A stretch of DNA of 64,000 nucleotides from a virus (Duplodnaviria; Heunggongvirae; Uroviricota; Caudoviricetes), in the IMG/VR virus record IMGVR_UViG_3300033146_005641, positions 119,352 through 183,351 of that record; one strand, written 5' to 3'. Of the stretch, positions 38,266 to 47,984 are shown in pieces. The position numbers and the translations under genes were made by a program. The notes under the pieces were generated by a model. That model searched no databases and was not told the origin of the DNA. It saw only the letters and a list, made by a program, of their open reading frames with translations. Every line of letters starts with the position of its first letter. Within the stretch, counting starts at the first letter, position 1.

Positions 38266-38547
38266 ATGAAATTTAAAGAAATGTTTTTAGAAGCTTCTAG
38301 AAAAGGACAAAAATTCCATCCGGTTGATGTATTTCAAGAAAGATGGGTGGTTACAGATGGAGAGGTAATTTTAGGATCTAACGGTGAAATAAAAGACCTA
38401 GCTCAATATAAAAAAGACATGAAAAGTATTAAAAGACATGATCAATATGATGATATTTATTTTCCTACAGAAAAAATGGCTAAAAAATTCTTAAATACTC
38501 TTGCAGACCCTGATGAACTTCACGTAGAGAAATTAAGCTATTATTAG
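38266..38547 (+). CDS. small protein with MKFKEMFLE N-terminal motif
   Basis: 93 aa. Divergent promoter region upstream. Confidence 0.4.
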   Translation: MKFKEMFLEASRKGQKFHPVDVFQERWVVTDGEVILGSNGEIKDLAQYKKDMKSIKRHDQYDDIYFPTEKMAKKFLNTLADPDELHVEKLSYY

Positions 38548-38768
38548 AAATACTGATAGATTCTTTGGAATTAGCGGACAGTCACAAGCTATTGATCCTA
38601 CAGGTCTTCAAAAAGATGTTAGTATTAAAATGTCAGCATATGAGAAAATACTCAAAGAATGGAAGGTAAAAGAATATAAATATATAGATTTATATATTAA
38701 AAGAGTCTTCAAAAAATAATTTGTTTTTAATACGAGTTATTATATAAGAAATATATAAAAGGATAAAA

Positions 38769-39128
38769 ATGTTTAAAAAATTATTTACGGCAGAAAGACT
38801 AGAAAAGTGGATTAGTAGTAATATTAAAAAGTTTCTTATGAAAAATAGTAAAAGAATTGCTAAATTCTTTTTAGATTATGATAAAAAATACGGACAAAAA
38901 ATTCCGGTAGATGTAGAAACAGTGAAGGTATTTAATGGTACTTTAGTTAGTGGATACACTACAGCTATAGTGAAAATATCTAAAGAAAAGGACGAGATTG
39001 TAGGTATTTTCGAGGACGATGATGATATGGATGACGGATTTAGAGCATACTCTAAAATAGAAGAACTTTCAGGCAATATTCCAGTATATTATTTTACTCT
39101 TAGAAAAAGGATAAGAAATGAATTTTAA
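38769..39128 (+). CDS. small protein with MFKKLFTAE N-terminal motif
   Basis: 119 aa. TATATAAAAGGATAAAAATG leader. Confidence 0.4.
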   Translation: MFKKLFTAERLEKWISSNIKKFLMKNSKRIAKFFLDYDKKYGQKIPVDVETVKVFNGTLVSGYTTAIVKISKEKDEIVGIFEDDDDMDDGFRAYSKIEELSGNIPVYYFTLRKRIRNEF

Positions 39129-39342
39129 AGAGCTTTTTTATGAAAACACATCTAAATCTTCAGAATTTAAATTGATTTTAGATAGTGGTGATATTATTAC
39201 ATATTATGATAATGGTAAAGATTGGATGAGATCTTACGGAGACGAGAAACCTCTACAAGCTTTTGATTCTAAAATGTGGAATAAAGAAAAAATTATAAAA
39301 CGAGAATCGAAATATTATAAAATTAAAAAAATCGTAGATTAA
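39118..39342 (+). CDS. small protein with MNFKELFYE N-terminal motif
   Basis: 74 aa. Overlaps the upstream stop. Confidence 0.4.
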   Translation: MNFKELFYENTSKSSEFKLILDSGDIITYYDNGKDWMRSYGDEKPLQAFDSKMWNKEKIIKRESKYYKIKKIVD

Positions 39343-39356
39343 TTCTACGATTTTTA
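39331..39356 (+). terminator. intrinsic terminator: ATCGTAGA TTAAT TCTACGAT followed by TTTTT
   Basis: 8-bp perfect stem, 5-nt loop and T-run, overlapping the stop of 39118..39342. Sits between convergent genes. Confidence 0.6.
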
Positions 39357-39445
39357 ATGAACTTTTAAATATATGCTACTTTCTTTACTTTGCTTTTTTT
39401 TTGTGTAGTTCTAAAATATCAGGTTTAGATAATTTAGGATCCTGC

Positions 39446-39982
39446 TTAAATTTCTAAAAATAACGCTTCTTCAAAGAGAGAAGAATCTCTCCATTGTTCT
39501 AAAACTATACTAGTTCTACCATCTATGTACTCGAAACTTTTTATCAATCCGTCATTAATAGACTCTAGATCTTCTGAATTTTCTATAATTCGGTTATCGT
39601 ATTTTAATTTTATATATCCTGTATTTAAAGCCTTCTTAATAGCTTTTATGTTATATTTATTCATTTGAAAGTCTTCTACTACTCTAAAATTTAACTTTAA
39701 TAGAGTATAGATGATTTTGCCTAATAAATGTTTTTCATTAGACAGATTTTCTCTAGTCATCAATATGAAGAGTTTCTTTCTTTTATTAAACTGGACTAAT
39801 ATATAAAATAATAATTTATTGTTTCTATATAATAAGAGAAAATATTCATTATTTATTTTAGATAAATGGAGTTCTAATCCATTTTTCTTATATAATAACT
39901 TATCTTTTTTAAATGGTAAACCTCTTAAAGAATTTATTTCTTTATTATTAAAGACGACTTCGGTAAAAATATTTTTAAACAT
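39446..39982 (-). CDS. protein with MFKNIFTE N-terminal motif
   Basis: 178-aa ORF, minus strand, convergent with the 39118 gene. Confidence 0.4.
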   Translation of the reverse strand: MFKNIFTEVVFNNKEINSLRGLPFKKDKLLYKKNGLELHLSKINNEYFLLLYRNNKLLFYILVQFNKRKKLFILMTRENLSNEKHLLGKIIYTLLKLNFRVVEDFQMNKYNIKAIKKALNTGYIKLKYDNRIIENSEDLESINDGLIKSFEYIDGRTSIVLEQWRDSSLFEEALFLEI

Positions 39983-40054
39983 ATTATTTTATACTATTAT
40001 ATATTAAATCATCAAAATATTTTTTGATTTCTTTAAATATCTCCTTAAACGTTT

Positions 40055-41557
40055 CTATCTTTTATAAGCTTCTAGATAATCGTTATAAAACTTCCATACA
40101 CATTTCGGAGTGTTTTTTTTGAAATATTCATAATCTTCGAGATTCTCAATTATTTTAGTAGCTGAAATATCATCTGTTCTAGGAATTTCATATACATCCA
40201 TTCCATAATTTTTCTCAAGCATTTTCCTATAACCATCAACTCTATCAGAGCTCGTTATAATAGTAGTAATCTCATTTTTAGATTTTCTCATTATAGTAAA
40301 TATATTTCCTGTACTAGAATTGAGTATCTCAATCTCAGGAAAACAGCCTCCCATAATATTATTTCTAAGGACTTTTGTTCCTTTAGTTTCTTTAGAACTT
40401 ACTATATTAACGGTTACAGTATCGTATTTAGCAACTGCTTCTCTAATCATATCATAGTGAGCTTTTGTAAGTATTTTAAATTTTCCTAAAATTAGAGCAC
40501 CACTAGCAACATCTTTAGATAGTCTCATTCTAAATGCTAATGCTATATCGTCTTTTATTTGTTCTTTAGATTTTTTAATATGTTCAATATCTATTTTAGC
40601 TTTCTTAAGCTTTTTATTGAATTCTATAACAGCATCGGCAAAATTAGATTTATCTATTCCTTTTTGGAAAGTATCGATAAGCTTGTTGATTTTTTTATAA
40701 TACTCATCTTCATAAGCCTGATCTCCTCTAAACTGAGCTTTAATTTTATCGCGAGCTATTTGGTCGGTTTGATATGATTGTTGAAGCTTAATTAGTTTAT
40801 CATTAAACTTTATTACAACGCCTTCTTCTTTTCCTCCGTACTTTGACTCTACATCTAAAAACATCTGGGATATTTTTTCGATGATATCTTCTTTAGAATC
40901 CCAATTAATATCTACTCCGCGGTAAATTTTTTTAAGCTCGTCGTCTTGAATTCCGACATTAAAATCTTTTCTATTACCTAGAACACCCCTAAATAAAATT
41001 GCAGGAACATCTAATCTCATTTCATTAGCATATTCTTTTCTTTTTTCTGTGAAAAATCCTGAAGGTTTAGTAAATAATTTACCGTTTTTTTCGGTCCAAG
41101 TACTCTTAGAATATCCTATTAAAACCATTCCATGTTTTTTAGTATAATTAGAAGATAGAGTAGGTTTTCTCATAAGAAACTCAACAAATAATTCAGTACC
41201 TTTAGGAATAGAGTTCTTCCTTAGTTTTCTTAAATGATCCCAGACAAACGCAAATTGAGAATTTCCTATACTTTTAGATTTTATTTTAGCTTTAGAGAGA
41301 TAATCAAATTCGTTAGGATATATTATATCGCTTTTATAGGCGACAATATAGTCTTTTTCCGCCACTCCAGAATTATCCTTCTTAACGATAGTAACCTTTA
41401 CTCCATCAGTCTTATGTTCTACCGTTACTTGAGAAGTAAGAAATTCTTCTTTTTTAGTATCATTAGTAAGGAACTTTTTAGCATTTTGAATACTAATATC
41501 TAATTGGTTCTTTCCTTCTAAGAGATACTTCTTAAAACCCTTTGTCATACCTAACAT
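40055..41557 (-). CDS. two-domain protein: N-terminal ligase-like KxDG nucleotidyltransferase module plus C-terminal HxGH/ISST-type (NMNAT/cytidylyltransferase-like) module
   Basis: N-terminal VEHKTDGVKV (compare Rnl1 motif I KEDGSL). C-terminal GKFKILTKAHYDMI (variant of the GxFxxxHxGH motif) and DDISATKII (the ISSTxIR motif). Confidence 0.35.
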   Translation of the reverse strand: MLGMTKGFKKYLLEGKNQLDISIQNAKKFLTNDTKKEEFLTSQVTVEHKTDGVKVTIVKKDNSGVAEKDYIVAYKSDIIYPNEFDYLSKAKIKSKSIGNSQFAFVWDHLRKLRKNSIPKGTELFVEFLMRKPTLSSNYTKKHGMVLIGYSKSTWTEKNGKLFTKPSGFFTEKRKEYANEMRLDVPAILFRGVLGNRKDFNVGIQDDELKKIYRGVDINWDSKEDIIEKISQMFLDVESKYGGKEEGVVIKFNDKLIKLQQSYQTDQIARDKIKAQFRGDQAYEDEYYKKINKLIDTFQKGIDKSNFADAVIEFNKKLKKAKIDIEHIKKSKEQIKDDIALAFRMRLSKDVASGALILGKFKILTKAHYDMIREAVAKYDTVTVNIVSSKETKGTKVLRNNIMGGCFPEIEILNSSTGNIFTIMRKSKNEITTIITSSDRVDGYRKMLEKNYGMDVYEIPRTDDISATKIIENLEDYEYFKKNTPKCVWKFYNDYLEAYKR

Positions 41558-41880
41558 TAAATTTTGTCCTTCTCTTCTTCCGGTTTCTCTTCTGGTTCTG
41601 CACGAGCAGGTAATACGTCAAAACCTAGAGTATCTAGTTCATCGCCTCCTGAGCTATCAAACTTCTTCAAGTTGAGAGTATAGGCGTTATCTCCTACAGT
41701 AATATCGTACGTTTTTACTATATCTCCCTCCATATTCATGTTTTCTATATGTTTGAAGCTATATAAATCTTTTCCGTATTTATTTTCCATCCATTTTAGA
41801 GCATCTTTTACTGCTTTATCTAAATTGAATTCTTCTGTTATTTTTTTTCTAAAAGAGGAAAATTTTATCATCTTGTTCAC
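41557..41880 (-). CDS. hypothetical acidic protein
   Basis: 107 aa. C-terminus PARAEPEEKPEEEKDKI. Confidence 0.35.
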   Translation of the reverse strand: MNKMIKFSSFRKKITEEFNLDKAVKDALKWMENKYGKDLYSFKHIENMNMEGDIVKTYDITVGDNAYTLNLKKFDSSGGDELDTLGFDVLPARAEPEEKPEEEKDKI

Positions 41881-41938
41881 CCTATAAGGTTTATTTTGTT
41901 AAATTATTTATATAACTTCAAACTCCGAGGAGTTTGAA

Positions 41939-42277
41939 TTATGAGGTTCTAACGTCTTTTACACGAATTCCGTCGATTCTATCAGCAGTAGTCATCAAAT
42001 AATAGTCACCGTTTTCCTCTTTTTTAACCATTCCTAAATCAAAAGAGTTTTGAGGCGGAAAATAAACGATATTTCCAATTTCTACCCCCTCTGCTTCGGG
42101 ACCTCTAGAAACAACTTCTCCATAATATGGTCTATCTGCTACACCTCCTTGCTTTACAGCTAATACAATACCGGAATCAGACATTAATTTTGTTTCGTCT
42201 ACTGGCGAAACCCTTATTACGATAATATTAGATTGTGGTGCAAACTCCCACCAATTTATCCATCCATTATTTTCCAT
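41939..42277 (-). CDS. GroES-like co-chaperonin (T4 gp31 analog)
   Basis: IVIRVSPVDETKLMSDSGIVLAVKQ...GEVVSRGPEA...VEIGNIVYF...DYYLMTTADRIDGI parallels GroES [61 protein letters not shown]. Confidence 0.55.
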   Translation of the reverse strand: MENNGWINWWEFAPQSNIIVIRVSPVDETKLMSDSGIVLAVKQGGVADRPYYGEVVSRGPEAEGVEIGNIVYFPPQNSFDLGMVKKEENGDYYLMTTADRIDGIRVKDVRTS

Positions 42278-42362
42278 TAATTGCCTTTATTTTAATTTAA
42301 ACATATTATATTATAATTAACTTAAAACATTATAAATAACCTATAATAAAAAAAGGAAGAAA

Positions 42363-43013
42363 ATGGCAGTAAGATTTTCAATAAGAAACGGTCAAGCAAC
42401 ACCTTCAGTAAGCGACTTAGAGCTTTTAGAGCTAGGTGCTGATGTAACAGATGCTAATAACCCTAGAATATATACTAAGACCTCGTCAGGAATTCATCCT
42501 ATTGGTGTAGGAGACGCCCTATCTTTAGGAGAGGTGTTACCTGAAAATTATGCTAGAACAGACATTAATGAGACGTTTGAACAAAATGTAACAGTTAACG
42601 GAACTCTTGATGCTACAGCCGAAAGAGCAAAATATGCCGATATTGCCGAGTACTACGAATGTGATAAAGAATACGAAGCCGGCGATATTTTAATGGTTGG
42701 TGAAGAAACAGAGGCTATTTTAGCTGATGGTTCTAAGATGATTATGGGGGTATGTTCTACAGCTCCTGCATATTTAATGAATACTAAAATTCAAGAAGAT
42801 GAAGAAGTAGAACATTATGCGCCTCTAGCTCTTAAAGGAAGAATTCCGGTTAAAATTACAGGTTCTGCAAAAAGAGGTGATTATATTATCCTAGATGTTA
42901 AAAATCCAGGAAAAGGAAGAGCCGTCAAAACGTATCCTAAAACTGAGGCTGAAAAATTATTTATTGGTGTTTGTGTAACGCCTGGTAAAAAGACTTGTGA
43001 AGTGAGGGTTTAA
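42363..43013 (+). CDS. hypothetical protein
   Basis: 216 aa. Divergently transcribed from the GroES-like gene. Confidence 0.4.
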   Translation: MAVRFSIRNGQATPSVSDLELLELGADVTDANNPRIYTKTSSGIHPIGVGDALSLGEVLPENYARTDINETFEQNVTVNGTLDATAERAKYADIAEYYECDKEYEAGDILMVGEETEAILADGSKMIMGVCSTAPAYLMNTKIQEDEEVEHYAPLALKGRIPVKITGSAKRGDYIILDVKNPGKGRAVKTYPKTEAEKLFIGVCVTPGKKTCEVRV

Positions 43014-43016
43014 AAA

Positions 43017-43472
43017 ATGTTTAAAAAATTGTTTATAGAAGACACAAAAAAGAAAAAAATTAACAGCAAATCTCTTAGTACCATGATGAAAAAATATAAA
43101 TTCTCACATAAAACGGTTACTGTATGGAGAAGAACTAATTTTGGATATACTAATATAGCTATAGCTCTCAATAAAGATGTATGGTTATATTATAGAGGTT
43201 CTAAAAATTCTATATCTATCGAATATAATAGTGAAAAATATTTAGTAGATGAGTCTAAACCTGATTTCAAAATGGCTGAATATCCTCACAGCGTAGGTCA
43301 TACAGAAGGATGGAAAGGTTTTAAAGTATCGCCAAGATCTTCTTTTTGGAGCTCTTTAATGAATTTTATAAACGATATTTTAGAAAATAACATTTCAGGT
43401 CCGCATTATATAGACAATAAGTTACAAAACGGATACGAACAATCGTCTAAATATCCTGATATGAGTTTTTAA
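43017..43472 (+). CDS. protein with MFKKLFIE N-terminal motif
   Basis: 151 aa. Confidence 0.4.
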   Translation: MFKKLFIEDTKKKKINSKSLSTMMKKYKFSHKTVTVWRRTNFGYTNIAIALNKDVWLYYRGSKNSISIEYNSEKYLVDESKPDFKMAEYPHSVGHTEGWKGFKVSPRSSFWSSLMNFINDILENNISGPHYIDNKLQNGYEQSSKYPDMSF

Positions 43473-43518
43473 TATTATATTAATATAATTATTATATAAT
43501 AAAAACAAAAGGAGACAT

Positions 43519-44649
43519 ATGTCTCAATGTCAGAATACTCGTAATGACGACTCGATTCACGTAGACATTAATACTACATCGATATGTAATATAGCGTGTA
43601 CATATTGTTCAGAAGGTAATGAGTGCGGTCTAAGTTCTTTATATCTTAAAAATACTCAAATAAAAGTAGAAGATTTAATTAATAAACTTAATAAAGATCC
43701 TGCAAAAGGTAAAACTATTAATTTTTGGGGCGGAGAACCTTTCATCAATTTCGACTTTTGTAGGACTATTATAGAGGAATTTAAAAAAGACCCCTCATTT
43801 TCTTTTTTCTTCTATACTAACGGAATTTTAGTTCCACAATATATAAAAATCTTAAAACAATGGAATGAGGAATTCGGAAAAGAAAAGGGATATGACGGGC
43901 AGCCCAGACTAATCATTCAGATTTCTTATGATGGAAAATGGTTAACAGATAACATTAGAATTGATAAAACAGGTAAGGGTACGTCCGAAAGAGTAGAAAA
44001 GGCTTTTAAACTATTAAAAGAAAATAATATAGAAACATCTCTAAAATCTGTTATATCTTCTGACGGATTTTCACATCTTTTTGAAAGTTATAGAGATTGT
44101 ATGGAGCTACAAGAGTTTTATAATCCTACTCCCGATTTATGGTCAGATAGAACAGAAGAAGAATTTGCCGAAGATTTAAAAATACTTGAAAAAGAATTAG
44201 AAAGGATTGCTTCATATATTGTCGCTAATAATTTAAAACCTGACTCTTTTTCTTGGTTTGGAATGTCTCGAGCTATTTGTTCAGTGGGTTCTAATATGAT
44301 TTCTGTAGATTTAGACGGAAAACTATATCCTTGTCACGCAGGAATGTATGGAGAAAGGATTGAACATGTTATGGGTCATATAGATAATTTTACAGAAGTA
44401 AAAGAGAGAGCTATGGAGGCGTTTAGAAAAATTAATTCTCATTTACCTGAAGAATGTCAAAAATGTGATGTTAATTTTTGTATGAAGTGTCAAATGGCTA
44501 ATTTTTCAAAATCAGCAGAACTAGATTACGCTAAAAAATTTACGGACTATCAAGCTAATTGGCAGGTGTGTAGATTATTTAAAGTAAATGACAAGTATAA
44601 TAAAATTGTTCAATTTATGAGTCAGAATCCGGAAGAGTTAAATATATGA
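43519..44649 (+). CDS. radical SAM enzyme with SPASM domain
   Basis: CNIACTYCSE, GGEPFI, C-terminal multi-Cys CQKCDVNFCMKCQMANF plus upstream CSVGS...C...CHAG. Confidence 0.75.
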   Translation: MSQCQNTRNDDSIHVDINTTSICNIACTYCSEGNECGLSSLYLKNTQIKVEDLINKLNKDPAKGKTINFWGGEPFINFDFCRTIIEEFKKDPSFSFFFYTNGILVPQYIKILKQWNEEFGKEKGYDGQPRLIIQISYDGKWLTDNIRIDKTGKGTSERVEKAFKLLKENNIETSLKSVISSDGFSHLFESYRDCMELQEFYNPTPDLWSDRTEEEFAEDLKILEKELERIASYIVANNLKPDSFSWFGMSRAICSVGSNMISVDLDGKLYPCHAGMYGERIEHVMGHIDNFTEVKERAMEAFRKINSHLPEECQKCDVNFCMKCQMANFSKSAELDYAKKFTDYQANWQVCRLFKVNDKYNKIVQFMSQNPEELNI

Positions 44650-44684
44650 GATATCTTCCATAAAGAAGCAAAGGTGGAAATTTA

Positions 44685-45791
44685 ATGGCTGTTTTTGATA
44701 CGTTTACGTTAGAATTAAAAATTTCAGATCAATGTTCTATGAGATGTCCGTATTGTTATGAAACTTTTACAGATACATATATGACTAAAGAAACTTTTGA
44801 TAGGTCTCTAGTAAAAGTAATAGATATGATGGGGAGATCAGAAACTAAAAAACTTAATTTAAGTTTTTTTGGTGGAGAACCTATGATGAATTGGGAGCTA
44901 ATAGAACATGCTACAAAAGTTCTTAGAAAGCTACCCATAGAGGTTACTTTAGTAGTTATATCTAATATGACTCTTATAGATGAATATAAAGTTAAATGGT
45001 TAAAAGAGAATAATGTGGGGGTATCTTGGTCATTCGATGGAATATCTTCTAATGAAACCAGACCTCTAGCTACCCAATTTATAAATCCAAAAGCAGACGG
45101 AACATCTTATAAAAGTACCCTAGATTTATATAAAGATAAGATAGATCTAATATTGTCTCTTACGAATGGGTGTAAGGTTATGGTGTGGCCAGGTAATTCT
45201 AAACAAATGACAGAGAATTTAGAATTTTTTGTAGATAGTGGAATTATAGCACCCGATTTTTCTTTGATAAGAGATGATGTATGGTCTAAAGAAGATATTA
45301 TTAATTTTAGAGATGATATTAGAAGATTAGGTGATAGATATATTAAATATATAAAAGACGAGGTTTACGTAAATGTTGGTTTCTTTACACTTTGTATTCT
45401 TGATAATATATTTGGATTAACCTTTCAAAAAAGATCTTTCGGGTGTTTTGCAGGTACTACAGGTGCAGTAATGACGACAGATGGAAAATTTTATCCTTGT
45501 GCTAGATTTTCAGATAAAAAAGTTATGGAAATTACACCAGAATATTCTTTTACCTACTGGCAAGAAAAGTTTAAGCCTGAAAACTATGATAAGTGTCAGT
45601 CTTGTGATTTATATGATGTTTGTAATGCAGGGTGTTTATATTCTCAAATTAGAAATAATAATAAACCTTTAGATAGTATATGTGAGCTATATCATATTAT
45701 ACAAGAGGAAACGCAAAGAGTGGTTCACGAATTAAAAGACGAACCAACGTTTCATCAAGTAATAAATAACATTTTTAAAAATATAGGATAG
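44685..45791 (+). CDS. radical SAM enzyme with SPASM domain (anSME-like)
   Basis: CSMRCPYCYE, FGGEPMM, C-terminal CQSCDLYDVCNAGC. Overall layout like anaerobic sulfatase-maturating enzymes. Confidence 0.75.
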   Translation: MAVFDTFTLELKISDQCSMRCPYCYETFTDTYMTKETFDRSLVKVIDMMGRSETKKLNLSFFGGEPMMNWELIEHATKVLRKLPIEVTLVVISNMTLIDEYKVKWLKENNVGVSWSFDGISSNETRPLATQFINPKADGTSYKSTLDLYKDKIDLILSLTNGCKVMVWPGNSKQMTENLEFFVDSGIIAPDFSLIRDDVWSKEDIINFRDDIRRLGDRYIKYIKDEVYVNVGFFTLCILDNIFGLTFQKRSFGCFAGTTGAVMTTDGKFYPCARFSDKKVMEITPEYSFTYWQEKFKPENYDKCQSCDLYDVCNAGCLYSQIRNNNKPLDSICELYHIIQEETQRVVHELKDEPTFHQVINNIFKNIG

Positions 45792-45795
45792 AAAT

Positions 45796-46020
45796 ATGAG
45801 TTGTGAAATAGGATATGAAAATATAAGTATAGAAGAGTTAGAGAAACAATTAGACGATGCTAAGAAATCTTTAGTAGATAAAAAATATAAAAATTATGAT
45901 TCTCCAGAACATCTATTTAATTATAATATAAATTTCGATAGGTTTTTAGTAGATATGTCTTATATATTAGAGAAAGCTAAAAATGTGGAGAGCATTGATG
46001 ATAGATATAGAATGGCTTAA
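45796..46020 (+). CDS. small acidic protein
   Basis: 74 aa. Overlaps the next ORF. Confidence 0.3.
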   Translation: MSCEIGYENISIEELEKQLDDAKKSLVDKKYKNYDSPEHLFNYNINFDRFLVDMSYILEKAKNVESIDDRYRMA

Positions 46021-46768
46021 AAAATTATTTAGAAATATTTTACGGATTGAAGGTGATATATCTGGAGAGTGGATGTTTGTTATTTTTAATGATTTTTATA
46101 TGAGACATTTATGGTATAATAAATTCAAAAAAATAGATAGATGTTTTAGAAGATGGAAAAAAGTTTGTAAAGATCCTAAGCTAGAAACAGAATGGAATAA
46201 ACCCGAAATTAACGAAGCTTTAGAAGCGGTTCAAAAGTCTTATGATGAGGGTATAGGCTATTTGTATAAATTCGATGAGGAGGATTTAGCTGAATTTATC
46301 TATCCTAAAGCCAAGAGAGATCTTTTGGTAAATGCAAAACTGGTATATTTCTCAAAACAAGATTCTAGGGATATAGAATTCTTAAAAGAAAATATAATAG
46401 AGATTTATAACGAAAAAAATAAATATTTAAGTAGAATAACTTTATTGTATAACTATATAATTAGAATAAAAGATGAACTGTACGGAGACATATATAATGA
46501 GGTGATTAATTCTAATACTAGGTTTACCTTTCAATTAATATGGCTAACACAGAAAACTCTACATCCTCAAGACTATAAGAGAATATTAAAGAAGGTTTTT
46601 AAAAACACCTCTCAGTCCGAACAAAAATTAATAAAAATGTTTTTAGAGTCCAGAATAGGTAAATATAAAGATAATCCTAGATTTTTAAAGGCTAGAGATC
46701 TTGATTCAGAGAAAAGAGAAATAGCTAAAGAATTAATAGAAGAAATTTGGACTAAGCATGGAAGATAA
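45998..46768 (+). CDS. hypothetical protein
   Basis: Start placed at the ATG at 45998, 5 nt after GGAGAG. The ORF track starts at 45983. Confidence 0.4.
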   Translation: MIDIEWLKKLFRNILRIEGDISGEWMFVIFNDFYMRHLWYNKFKKIDRCFRRWKKVCKDPKLETEWNKPEINEALEAVQKSYDEGIGYLYKFDEEDLAEFIYPKAKRDLLVNAKLVYFSKQDSRDIEFLKENIIEIYNEKNKYLSRITLLYNYIIRIKDELYGDIYNEVINSNTRFTFQLIWLTQKTLHPQDYKRILKKVFKNTSQSEQKLIKMFLESRIGKYKDNPRFLKARDLDSEKREIAKELIEEIWTKHGR

Positions 46769-47606
46769 CCTTAGAACTAATGTAGTATTTTTTACTACTA
46801 CGTGTAATTTAGCCTGTACATATTGTTATCAACACGTAAAAGACTATCCTCATAAAGAAACTTCTAAAGAAGAACTTATAGAAATAGTAGACAGAACAGT
46901 AGAAAGAGAGGGGACTGATTCTCAAACTCTATTCATTCTGTTTGGAGGAGAGCCTACTACAAGATGGGAAAATGTAGAGTTTTTTATGGATTATGCATAT
47001 TTTATTAAGGAAAATGTACAGTTTAATATAGTTACTAATGGAATAAAGTTTAAAGATGACAGATTCTTGAAAAAATTTATATCTAATACTCACTATAAGG
47101 AGGGTAGACTTAAGCTAGAAATAAGTTTTGACGGTATCGAAGGAAATTCTGAAAGAATATATCCGAATGGTAAAGATTCTACAAAAGATGTAGTAGAAGT
47201 ATTATTTAAATTAAAAGAGACAAATACTAAATATAGAATAAGATATACAGTACATAAGAAAAATGTTAAAAACTTTGAAAACGATATTCTAAAGATAATG
47301 AAATACTTTAAACCTGAAAGATTAATTTTAAGCGAGTACGAAGATGATCTATCTTCAGATGAGTTAAAATATGTAGAGAATATTAAGAATATCTTAATCA
47401 AAAAATATTATAATAATGAAATAAACATACCAATATGTATGAAATATGATGAAATGTGTGCTGTGTGTGGTAAATGCGGAAATAAACATATTGAGGATTT
47501 TTCTGTAAATTTAGGAAGTAGTTTTTCAGTACAGAAAAAAATAACATTCGATACGTTCGACATGTTTAATAAATTAGCAAAAAATAAGGATAAAAATGAA
47601 AAATAA
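46758..47606 (+). CDS. radical SAM enzyme with C-terminal Cys cluster
   Basis: CNLACTYCYQ, FGGEPTT, C-terminal CMKYDEMCAVCGKCGN. Confidence 0.75.
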   Translation: MEDNLRTNVVFFTTTCNLACTYCYQHVKDYPHKETSKEELIEIVDRTVEREGTDSQTLFILFGGEPTTRWENVEFFMDYAYFIKENVQFNIVTNGIKFKDDRFLKKFISNTHYKEGRLKLEISFDGIEGNSERIYPNGKDSTKDVVEVLFKLKETNTKYRIRYTVHKKNVKNFENDILKIMKYFKPERLILSEYEDDLSSDELKYVENIKNILIKKYYNNEINIPICMKYDEMCAVCGKCGNKHIEDFSVNLGSSFSVQKKITFDTFDMFNKLAKNKDKNEK

Positions 47607-47982
47607 AATGTCAGAGGATAGAAAAAAATTAAGTTTAGAAGAAAGATCTAAAAAATTTTTAGACATTACTTTAAGAATAAATGAAATTAGTGAAGAATAT
47701 AATGAAATAGATCCCATAGTAGGATATAGATTTCAAGGAATGTTCAGAACTTTTATCTCTCTTATGAAAAGAGCAGAAGAAAAAGATATGACTAATTTAG
47801 AATCTCAAATTAAAGTATTTGAAGAAATGTTTGATTTTAGTTTTGAAGAAGAAGTTGAAAAAAGAGTTAAAGAGGTATTAGGTGACGAATATCACAGAAA
47901 TGTTCAAGAAGATATAAATAAAATAGATGATGAGGTTCTAGCTAATATTAAAAAGAACATTTCAGAATATTTAAAGGAATAG
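47596..47982 (+). CDS. hypothetical protein
   Basis: 128 aa, charged helical. Confidence 0.4.
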   Translation: MKNKMSEDRKKLSLEERSKKFLDITLRINEISEEYNEIDPIVGYRFQGMFRTFISLMKRAEEKDMTNLESQIKVFEEMFDFSFEEEVEKRVKEVLGDEYHRNVQEDINKIDDEVLANIKKNISEYLKE

Positions 47983-47984
47983 AA

